Assembly: GCA_951406725.2 (NCBI GenBank)
Contig: OX597828.1
Coordinates: 63,054,001-63,118,000, forward strand
Length of the DNA: 64,000 bases
Reading direction: 5' to 3'
Source of the DNA: Octopus vulgaris
Lineage: Eukaryota
This document shows, piece after piece, positions 13,456-23,439 of this stretch (its first letter is position 1; every line of letters begins with the position of its first letter). The translations under genes and the position numbers were made by a program. The notes below the pieces were generated by a model. It saw only the letters and a program-made list of their open reading frames with translations. It ran no database searches and was not told where the DNA came from.

Positions 13456-13488
13456 CAGTTCTTCTTCCTGTCTCAATTTTACGGCCAT
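13456..13488 (-). CDS. Candidate first coding exon of the unknown gene (MAVKLRQEEEL)
   Basis: attATGGCC start followed by donor CTG|gtaggt. It is preceded on its sense strand by a 1.2-kb C/T-rich leader, like the one before the UBE2R2 ATG. Confidence 0.45.
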
Positions 13489-13499
13489 AATGGACAACT

Positions 13500-14720
13500 G
13501 TTGGGATGTTGTTGTTGTTGTTGTTGATGATGATGATGCTGTTGTTGATATTGATGGTGGTGGTGGTGGGTGTCAATGTGGGAAAGTAAAAGAGGGGGCG
13601 ACGAATAGGAAAGACATATAGACAGAGAGTGGTAGAGAAGGAGTATAAAACGACTGAGACGGAGAGACGGAGAGTTATAGAAGGAAAGGGTAAGAGCTGT
13701 AAAGAAGAAACGAGGAGGAGGAGGAGGGAGAGGAAAGAAGAAAAACATGTGAGATAAACTACGCAAGACCGGGGAGACAGAGGAGGCGGAGCAGAAGAAA
13801 CGGGAGGAGGAGGAGGAGATACAGTTCCAGATAGAAGAGATAAGAGTAGGTGAGTGGGTGAAAGAGTAATAGTTGTGAAAGAGGAAAGAGGTGTAGAAAG
13901 AGGAGAAGACAAGAGGAGTGAGAACTGAAGAGTAAAAGGAGATAATAGTTTGAGATAAAGGGGGAGAAAGCGAAGAGTTAATTAAAGAGAGAGAGAAAAA
14001 GCTAGAAAGAGTTATAGTTAAAAGAGAGAGAAGAAGCAAATAACTGGGGAGGAGGAAAAGCAGATAAAAAGTGCAAAAGAGATAACAGGGGAGGAGGGGA
14101 GAGAGGCGACGGGAGAGAGTAGACAAAAGGGAGAAAAAAAAGTCGTGGTAAAAGTAAAGTTGAAAATAAGAGAAGGAGGAGTGACAGGAGGAAAGAAAAT
14201 AGAAGAGATAGAAGTGATAGATGTGTAAGAGAAAAGAGAGAGAGAAAATAACTAATAAGCAGGGAGGTGATGTAGTATTAGGAAGAGGAGAAGCTAAGTG
14301 AGCAGAAAAAGAGATAAACGTAGGCGGAGGTATAAAGAGTAACAGGCAGCTTAGAGATAGTAATGAGAGGGAGGAGAGAATGATATATAAGAATGATTTG
14401 GAAAGAGAGAATAAGAGAAACATTTAGAGAGGAAAAGGGAGAGAGAAAAAGGATGAGATAGGCGGGCGAATGCAAAGAGAGAGCTAGAGGAGAAGAAAGG
14501 AAAAAGACATTTACTAGAGAGGAGAGGAGAAAAAGGCATTGATAGATTAAGAGATAGAGAGAGGAGGAGAGTGAAAAAGAAAGAGAATAAGAAGTGAACT
14601 AAAAAGGTAAGGAGGAAGTAACTGTGTAAAGGGAGACAACAATGGAGACGAAGGGAAGGAAAAACAGGAAGTGAAAACAATAAGTGAGAGAGAAAGGTGG
14701 AGGAGGAGATCTCCCCCTCA
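13500..14720 (-). promoter_or_regulatory. Purine-rich (+) / pyrimidine-rich (-) low-complexity leader upstream of the candidate gene
   Basis: Almost entirely G/A on the + strand. An ETS-like acttccggt lies just beyond it near 14765, in a CpG-retaining stretch. Confidence 0.4.
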
Positions 14721-14944
14721 TTCACTTTTCCTTTTAGTGAACCGTTTTACGGCTGTCGTTACCGACTTCCGGTCTCCATCAATTTAGTTCGGAGACAGGA
14801 TTGAGTTTATTGACTCAGTTTGTATAGACACGGGTGTATAGATACATATACACTCTGCATAGATCAATGGGAAAGTAGAGAGAAGGAAGTGATGGTTTCT
14901 CCTAAAATATTTCAATAACGTTTATGGACGTACTTAGAATTTAC

Positions 14945-15227
14945 GGTACTACTTGAGAACGGTGGTCCCGGTGCGCGCACTCGCGCTAGTTAGTCATGAC
15001 TAGTCGATCCTTACTTTGTGTTTTTGTTTTTACTTTGTTTAAAAAGTTATTTATTTTGTGCTTTTTGTGTTTTATTTACTTTGTTTAACAAAAATTATTT
15101 ACTTTGTGTAAAAGAAATGATTTATTTTGTGTTTTATTTACTTTGCTAGGTAGTCGTCGTAGGATCGAGTAGTCACGACTAGCTAGCTCGGATGCGCGCA
15201 CTGGGACCACTGTTCTCAAGTAGTACC
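14945..15227. mobile_element. Merlin-superfamily MITE (283 bp)
   Basis: About 65-bp TIRs GGTACTACTTGAGAAC(g/a)GTGGTCCC(g/a)GTGCGCGCA... and an 8-bp TSD gaatttac / ggatttac with one mismatch. GGTA termini plus an 8-bp TSD fit Merlin. T-rich internal subrepeats. Confidence 0.7.
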
Positions 15228-18200
15228 GGATTTACAATCGTCTACGTATAGATACATATATGTGTTGGTACATGTATATATACGTGCAATCTGCTCGTTT
15301 TTTTTTATATATATAATTTAAAATATGGACGTAAATCTATAGTTATGTTCGTTTGTGTTTGAAAAGGAGAGCTAATAAGTGAACTGCCCGTCACCGGAAA
15401 TATTTACAAACACAAACACGATGACGCCTCTACCGTTTCCTATAAAGGGGCGAGATGAGACCCGATAGCAGGAGAGGCAAATGGATAGATTAGACAGATA
15501 GTGAGGGAGAGAGACAATTAGACAGGAAGTTTGGATAGATACAACAGGCTGATAGGTAGAGAGAGAGATGAAGGAGTGACAAGCAGTTGGATATATAGAC
15601 AGAGTAGGAGTAGATTTTTTTATTTAGACAGGGTGTAGGAGTGACGGGCCGATATATATATATATATAGAGAGAGAGAGAGTGACAGTTATATATATAAA
15701 GAGGACGTAGGAGTGACAGCATATAGACAGAAAGAGGGAAAGACAGAGTGGATAGATACAGACAAGTAGATAAATAGAAAGGACGAAGGAAAACTCGGTT
15801 AAGCGGCAGATAAAGGGTTCGGGTTAAATTATAGATAGATATACAGACATAGCCCAAACCCATCCATGATTCATGAATTAAAGATTTGATAACATTTTTA
15901 TTTATTTATTAAAGATTTGATAATTATTTTTTTTTATTTATTAAGTAGATAACTGATTAGAAGTATAACTACTCCCAACAATTCTTCCATGTGTCTTTAA
16001 AGTCGCACTTTCAATATATCTCTGCTTACTTTTAACCTGTAACACCATTGGTCTGAAACTTCTACAACGCTTTTACACTGAATGGTTGATTGGTCATGCA
16101 GTTACATGAAAGGTTGACAGCAGAGACTGCTAAAATAAAAAAGGAGACCCTGGGAGGCGATGGTAGTTACCATTTTTGTACGAAGTCAAGTGAATACAAT
16201 AACACGCAGACAACTTCGACTACGTTGCTAAGATCCTATACGTTGTCTGAGATCAATAAACAAAGAGCTTAATAAAAAAATAAAATAATTGAACTTATTT
16301 ATTATGGGAACGTAGAGTACAGTCAATTAGCAGAATCGGTAATGTTTTGAGTTCAAATCCCGATGAGGTCAACTTTACCTGCCATTCTTCAAGCAATCTG
16401 TGCAACATGCGTTTACACATCTGAGTTCTTTAGTGTTGTCAATCAGTTGCATATTCTGTGTTTTGGCAGAGTCTTTTGACAGTCTTCAGATCTTTCAGAA
16501 ATGTTCCACATCAAGGGACCCAAACTCTTCTCCTAACTGTTGTCACTCATCCACTTTCCTTTGCTTGCATGGGTCGGACGGAATTCGTTGCAGCAGATTT
16601 TCTAAGGCTGGATGCCTTTGCTGTCTCCAGTCTTCTTGTTACCAAGCTGGGTTCCCCATTGGCAGACATGTTCACACAAAATATTGAAAATGAATGACAC
16701 TGCTTCCATGACAGTGGCATTCATTTACAACTACTATACAATGTCCAGACGAGAAGACACACACATATTCACATACATACATGCATTCACATCCATCCAT
16801 CCATACATACATTCACATGCATACTTACATGATGGCCATCCACTCTCTCTCTCTCTCCATAGATTCGGTGGAGGTCTGGCATGAAGTGTTTATACTGTCT
16901 TTGATTGATGCCTGCCTTATCACTACCACTATCATCATCATCATCATCACCATCATCATTACCACCACCACTACCACCTCCATCATCATTGCTATAGGAC
17001 ATTGTCTTGTCCAGTTAGAAGTGACAGTGAGTAGGCTGTTATAACCCATTGGCTCCTGAGCCCCATTTCTCATTTTCTTCCAGGGTTCCAATACAATATC
17101 TTAATATTGATATGAATACTAAAATATCTTTTCCTTTATCATAAGGCAAGGATCACATAGATAGGCGAATTTAACCCTTGACCTCCATGTGGATTGCTTG
17201 GTATCTTCTGTTTTACTAATTATATTTTCTGTTTAATCAGGAATTTTTACCTCATTACAAGAGGAAACTCAGTTTGATATAAATGTAAAAAATCAAAGAA
17301 AAACGAAAAAAAGTTATAGAAAAAAGAAATGTTGCCTAATCACATACTTAAGTAACCATGTGGCTGTGTGGTAAGAAGCTTGCTTCCCAACTACATGGTT
17401 CCTGGTTCAGTCCCACAGCATGACATCTTGGATAAGTGTCTTCTACTACAGCCTCAGGCTGACCAAAGCCTTGTGAGTGGATTTGGTTGACAGAAACTGA
17501 TAGAAGCCTGTCATACACACACACACACACACACGCATGTATACAATGGACGTCTTTCAGTTTCTGTCTACCAAATCCACTTACAAGGTTTTGGTTGGCC
17601 TGAGGTTATAGTAAAAGACACTCACCCAAGATGCCATGTGGTGGGATTGAACCCAGATGCATGTAGTTTCTTACCACACAGCCACACCTGTACCTAGTTG
17701 CTCATAAAACTGTTACAGATGTTCAATTCCTAGTAATTTATCTTTGTGTATGAAGTATTACAGCAGTTAATATATCAAACTTTTTATTCTCGGCATCGTG
17801 TACCACGGACTATGTTAACCAATGTACCTTTGATGACATGAATTCTATAAATCTCACAAGTCTTTTGCAAAACAATTACATCAGTAGTCTCACAGCAACT
17901 GAAAATCTCTTTTTGAGGGTCATGTGGATTATACAGCTCCAAGCTGGAGCAGTTTTAGTGTATGCTTGTATCTTATTAACAAGGTAAGAGCAACAGCAAA
18001 CAGAACTGTTAACATCTAGAAAGAAGAACTTGAGGGACATTTTAGAAATTTGGGGTAGGTCGGCATCGATAGAAAAGGAATGCAGGTCTCAGTCACCTGA
18101 AAAAGTGATTGAAAATAAAATGAGGTTGAACTTCTTTGGGACTTTCTTATCCAAACAGACCAGGTATCTTGGTGTTTGAGAAGAGGGATTCGACTTGTTA

Positions 18201-18420
18201 TATAACGTATTTCTTTATTGTCCACAAAGGGCTAAACATAGAGGGGACAGACAAAGGGACTAAGTCGATTGCATCGACCCCAGTGCGTAACTGGTACTCA
18301 TTTAATCGACCCCGAAAGGATAGAAGGCAAAGTCGACTTGTTATATAACTGTTGTGGCCAGTCCACTTGGTATGAGAATAAAAGAAAATTAAATCAACAA
18401 GGTAGATATATATATATATA

Positions 18421-19805
18421 CTAGCAGTATCGCCCGGCGTTGCTCGGGTTTGTAAGGGAAATAACTATATAAGCATTTTTAGAGAGTTATAGCCAAAAAA
18501 TGCATTAAAAATGGAAAAAAAATTATGGTAAATTTTTTTTTAAATCGTTGACTCATCGTAGACATTTTTAGAGAGTTACTTCCCTTATGTAATAGCGAAA
18601 AAATGCATTAAAATGGAAAAAAATGATGGTAAATTTTTTTTTAAATCGTAGACGCTCGCTAATACCCAGAAGGGCTCGATATGAATCACGACTATAAGAT
18701 ACCCGGTTTTGGTTAAACTGCACCGCAAAATGTGGGAGTAGTTAGGAATCTAAATCGTAGGAGACAGACACACAACTTCACTTTTATATATAAAGACTAG
18801 CAGTATCGCCCAGCGTTGCTTGGGTTTGTAAGGGAAGTAACTATATAAGCATTTTTAGAGAGTTACTTCCCTTATAGATGCCAATTCGGGCTTTCTTAGC
18901 CATTTCTGTTTTGGTGTCTTCAAGCCATGAAGTCGTTGTTCTAAAAGAACGCTGGTCTCCTTGACAATGCTTTACGACGTTGATTTCCTTACACTCCCTT
19001 CCCCACAGCTTCACGAGGGAGGGAAGAAGGGGGAGAAGCAAACAGGTGCAGGTGTGAGCATGGACGCCAACTCCGCCGCCATCGACACACGAAAAATTAT
19101 GCATTAAAATGGAATAAAAAATGATGTTAAATTATTTTTTAAATCGTAGACTCATCGTAGACGCACGCTAATACTCAGACGGGCTCGATATCAATCACGA
19201 CTATAAGATACCCGAATTTGGTTAAACTGCACCGCAAAATGTGGGAGTAGTTAGGAATCTAAATCGAAGGGGACAGACACTCACACAACTACAGTTTTAT
19301 ATATATACTAGCAGTATCGCCCGGCGTTGCTCGGGTTTGTAAGGGAAATAACTATATAAGCATTTTTAGAGAGTTACTTCCCTTATAAATTCGGGCTTTC
19401 TTAGCCATTTTTGTTTTGGTGTCTTCAAGCCATGAAGTCGTTGTTCTAAAAGAACGCTGGTTTCCTTCACAATGCATTACGACGTTGATTTCTTTACACT
19501 CCCTTCCCCACAGCTTCACGAGGGAGGGAAGGGGAAGAAGCAAACAGGTGCAGCTGTGAGCGTGGACGCCAACTCCGCCGCCATCGACATACGATGCATT
19601 TTATGCATTAAAATGGAATAAAAAATGATGTTAAATTATTTTTAAAATCGTAGACTCATCGTTGACGCGCGCTAATAGTCAGACGGGCTCGATATGAATC
19701 ACGACTATAAGATACCCGAATTTGGTTAAACTGCACCGCAAAATGTGGGAGGAGTTAGGAATCTAAATCGAAGGGGACAGACACTCACACAACTAGAGTT
19801 TTATA

Positions 19806-19810
<5 letters not shown>
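18421..19810 (-). mobile_element. Three head-to-tail non-autonomous Helitrons (18421-18796, 18797-19307, 19308-~19810)
   Basis: On the minus strand each unit ends with the hairpin cccgagcaacgccggg then cgatactg-CTAG. Copy 1 starts 5'-TCTTTATATATAAAAG. No TSD; the array sits in (TA)n. Confidence 0.8.
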
Positions 19811-19848
<38 letters not shown>

Positions 19849-20138
19849 AGGACTTGAAAAGAGAGATAAGCAGTTTGTGGGGGCTGCAGAAAAATTGAGG
19901 TTGCATCAATTGTCATAGGGCACCTTAGGAATGATAGGGAAGAAACTCAAGGAGTGGATTGAATTTGAACTCAGAACATAAAGATGGATGAAATGCTGCT
20001 AAGCATTTTGCCCAGCATGCCAATGTTTCTGTCAGCTCACCACTGCAATCATCATCATTGTCATTATCATTTGACGTCCATTTTCCATGCTGGCATGGGT
20101 TGGACGTTTGACAGGAGCTGGATGTTTGATAGGAAAAG

Positions 20139-20351
20139 GTGGCGAGCTGGCAGAATCGTTAGCACACTGGGCGAAATGCTCAGCGGTATTTCGTCTGCCG
20201 TTACGTTCTGAGTTCAAATTCCGCCAAGGTCGACTTTGCCTTTCATCCTTTCGGGGTCGATAAATTAAGTACTAGTTACGCACTGGGGTCGATGTAATCA
20301 TCTCAATTCGTTGGTCCTTGTTTAGCCCCTTGTGAGCAATAAAGAAATAAG
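20139..20351 (+). mobile_element. Young, full-length tRNA-derived SINE (second family) inserted within an RTE/Ceph-like SINE
   Basis: ggcgagctggcagaatcgttagc (A box) ... gagttcaaattccgcc (B box) ... tttcatcctttcggggtcgataaa ... aataaagaaataa tail. The host repeat spans about 20050-20450. Confidence 0.8.
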
Positions 20352-22566
20352 GAGCTGGCCAGCTGAAGAGCTGCCCGGGCTCCATATGTGTTTTAGCATG
20401 GTTTCTACAGCTGGATGCCCTTCCTAATGCCAACCACTCTGAGAGTGTGAAGGTGGACAGTGAAAAGCTGATGATGATCTATAAAATTCTGGTCAACAGC
20501 TTGGTCCTGTTTAAATGCTCACAGATGGCCCTTAGGTGCTGGTAACAAAGTTCATTCGGCTGCCAGTCTTCAGCCCAGGTTTTTGATCTAAGGATAACTT
20601 CATCTCTTCATCCTAGTCTCAGAGATCAACAATACTGTCACTGCTACTCTGACTGAAGTCATTAAAAATAGTGGATAATATTTTACTTTAACGCCCCACT
20701 TGCACTTTTGGTATTCGTTTATTTGACAGCTGTCTGAGAATTCTTCAGTTTCTGATGTTAATTATTTTTAGTCAAAGCCATGGCTTAGAATCTGCCCGTG
20801 GTTATCTCTTTTCGATATTTCCCATGGAGGAAAGCTGAAGATCCAGAAACGCGCGTCTGGGAATTTACTAAAGGGAAGCACTGAGCAGATATGGTGTTTT
20901 TACACCTTCTACCGTAAGAGAGAATGTTCTCTCCGCTGTAACTGCAGTTAAAGTGTCACAAACATATTGTAACCCTAAACTAGTCTAATTCATTTTAATT
21001 TGTTTGACGCCTTACTGTGGCCAGCTTGTTTGTGATGAGAGATATTTGCGAATGAAATTAGCAATTATATTTTAATATCGTTATTGTTGTTATTGATGTT
21101 TTTTGCGTTGTTTATATTTCAGGTTGTTTACTTGGCGATTGAGCCTCGCTAGGGTCGTTCGCTCGGCAAGATAGCGATTCCAAATCTCTTGGTAACCACT
21201 CCCACCTATTTTAAACTGCAACAACATAAAAATAAACAAGAAAAACTTATAAATTATCTGATACAACCACACCAAAATGAAGAACGCAAAATCATGAACA
21301 ACAACGTAATAACACAAAACGCAAAGAAAACGAAAATAAACAACAACACTGACAAAAGAAATCATTAATTACATTCAGAAATATTTCTTCATATCTAAAA
21401 CAAAATAGACTAATAAAGTGAAAGAGATGTGTTATAATCAAATTCAGCCACTGAAAACAACAAGTAAGCAATGCTGACTGCAAGTAATTCGTATATACTG
21501 CGAAAAATTCAATACAGAACAGCTTTAAATCGAAATCTAAAAGAAATTAAGAGATAACAGGACAATTCTAGAGCTCCAAAACCCTATAATTTTTCTTTTC
21601 CTTTTTTGGAATCTCTGCTTTAAGCATCGTAGATAATAATTCAGGGAGAAGGGTTTCGGCCTCCTATCTCGGTAATTTTTATCTCTTGGTTTTGTTTTGA
21701 TCTTTTTCTTTTTGTCAGATTTATATTCTAAAAACTTACAATTATGATTCTTCAAAATTAGGATTAAGAAATCTGAAAGAAAATTTGAAAAAAGTTTAAA
21801 AAATTAAAATTAACTCGAAAAACAGTGAGGGGACAAATCTCTCCCACTTCTTTCATATTTATATATATGTGTGTGTGTGCAAAGATTCCTCATCAAAACA
21901 CGGATGCAAAGAAATTAAGGTTTGTGGGGATGGGGGTGTACTAAATAATTTCCGACGCTATTCTATAGGAATGCCGATAAGAGAATAACGTATTTGTAAA
22001 GTATGAAAAAAAAATGGTGATTGTATTATACACGAGTAAAGGGGACATAACTGAGTGTTGACTCTACGACTTCCTTCATACTTCCTTCTGATTTTATATT
22101 TCAGATTATTTCTTTAAGTGTTCGTGCACATTTAAATATGTACAATATATATATATTCTTTTATTTGTTTCAGTCATTTGACTGCGGCCATGCTCGAGCA
22201 CCGCCTTTAGTCGAGCAAATCGACCCCAGAACTTATTCTTTGTAAGCCTAGTACTTATTCTATCGGTCTACCTTGCCGAAACACTACCTTACGGGGACGT
22301 AAACACACCAGCATCGGTTATCAAGTGATGTTGGGGGGACAAACACAGACACACAAACATATACACCATGTATATACACACACATGCACACATACATCAC
22401 ACGCACACACATATATATCTGTAAAATAATATGTGACAATTATTCAATAGCCAAGATAACAATTTTTGTGATATTTTTGCTGCTTTTTAATAAAGCATAT
22501 TACTCTTCCTCTGGTATTTGAGTACTATTTTTTCCACCTTGTTTCGCATTTATGTGATTACTCTGG

Positions 22567-22593
<27 letters not shown>

Positions 22594-22601
<8 letters not shown>

Positions 22602-22781
22602 AAAGGGCTTAGTAAAATAAATTACTTTGCCCACTTTCGTGAGTTGAGTTGACCAAACACTATACGAGAGAGATTTTCTTTAAGTATTAGAAATGGTTTT
22701 TAAAAAAGTTTTTTAGCTGCTATTTCTAATGAGTTCAGTATGCGGCAAAGTAATTTATTTTACTAAGCCCTTTTATATATT
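22594..22781. repeat. Inverted-repeat element in (TA)n (38-bp arms), probably Penelope-like-element derived
   Basis: aatatataaaagggcttagtaaaataaattactttgcc ... ggcaaagtaatttattttactaagcccttttatatatt. Confidence 0.7.
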
Positions 22782-22874
22782 GTAATAATTTGAATTCGCC
22801 TTAAATGGTCCCTTTGCATACTGAACACTTGGTGAAATTAATTAATAATTAATTAATTTTACCCTCAATTGTTG

Positions 22875-22912
<38 letters not shown>

Positions 22913-22913
<1 letters not shown>

Positions 22914-23070
22914 TTTATTTTAAGCAGCAGAAAATTCAACAAAATCTGTTACTCTGAGTTTCTCGTTGCCGTTCATCAGACAGTTTTTGCTAGCAAAAAC
23001 TGTCTGATGAACGGCAACGAGAAACTCAGAGTAACAGATTTTGTTGAATTTTCTGCTGCTTAAAATAAAG
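22913..23070. repeat. Perfect 158-bp palindrome centred on GCTAGC (22991/22992), in (TA)n, Penelope-like pseudo-LTR derived
   Basis: The 79-bp arms are exact reverse complements, checked base by base. The 3' extension (catattactc...actccgg) is shared with a related fragment at about 22490-22566. Confidence 0.9.
22995..23042 (+). ncRNA. Minimal type I hammerhead ribozyme (mirror copy on the minus strand at 22941-22988)
   Basis: Stem I CUGU/ACAG, extended by AAAA/UUUU. Core CUGAUGA at 23004-23010. Stem II A-CG-GCAA-CG-A. GAAA at 23021-23024. Palindromic stem III ACUCAGAGU. Cleavage triplet GUA, cut after 23033. Confidence 0.7.
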
Positions 23071-23139
23071 CATATTACTCTACCACTGGTATTTGAGTAC
23101 TCTTTTTTCCACCTTGTTTCACATTTATGTGTTTACTCC

Positions 23140-23178
<39 letters not shown>

Positions 23179-23439
23179 TATATATATATGAACTTATGTA
23201 TGTATGTGTATTTATACCTGCATACATACATCATATATACACACATATATACACCATATATATGCACATACATGCACACATACCTACATACATATACACA
23301 CAAACATCACATATACACACACATACATACATACACATACACACATACAAATACACACACATACATATACAGAAGACAGACTATTTTTTTCTCTTCCTGT
23401 CGGATAATTTTTTTCCAGTTTAAATAATAATGAAACCAA

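Noticed and set aside
13421-14725. 314-aa and neighbouring L/S/F-rich ORFs
   Set aside because: Product of C/T low complexity; no domain features.
20139-20225. tRNA-like A and B boxes here and at many other sites
   Set aside because: SINE heads; no complete cloverleaf, and each continues into SINE body sequence.
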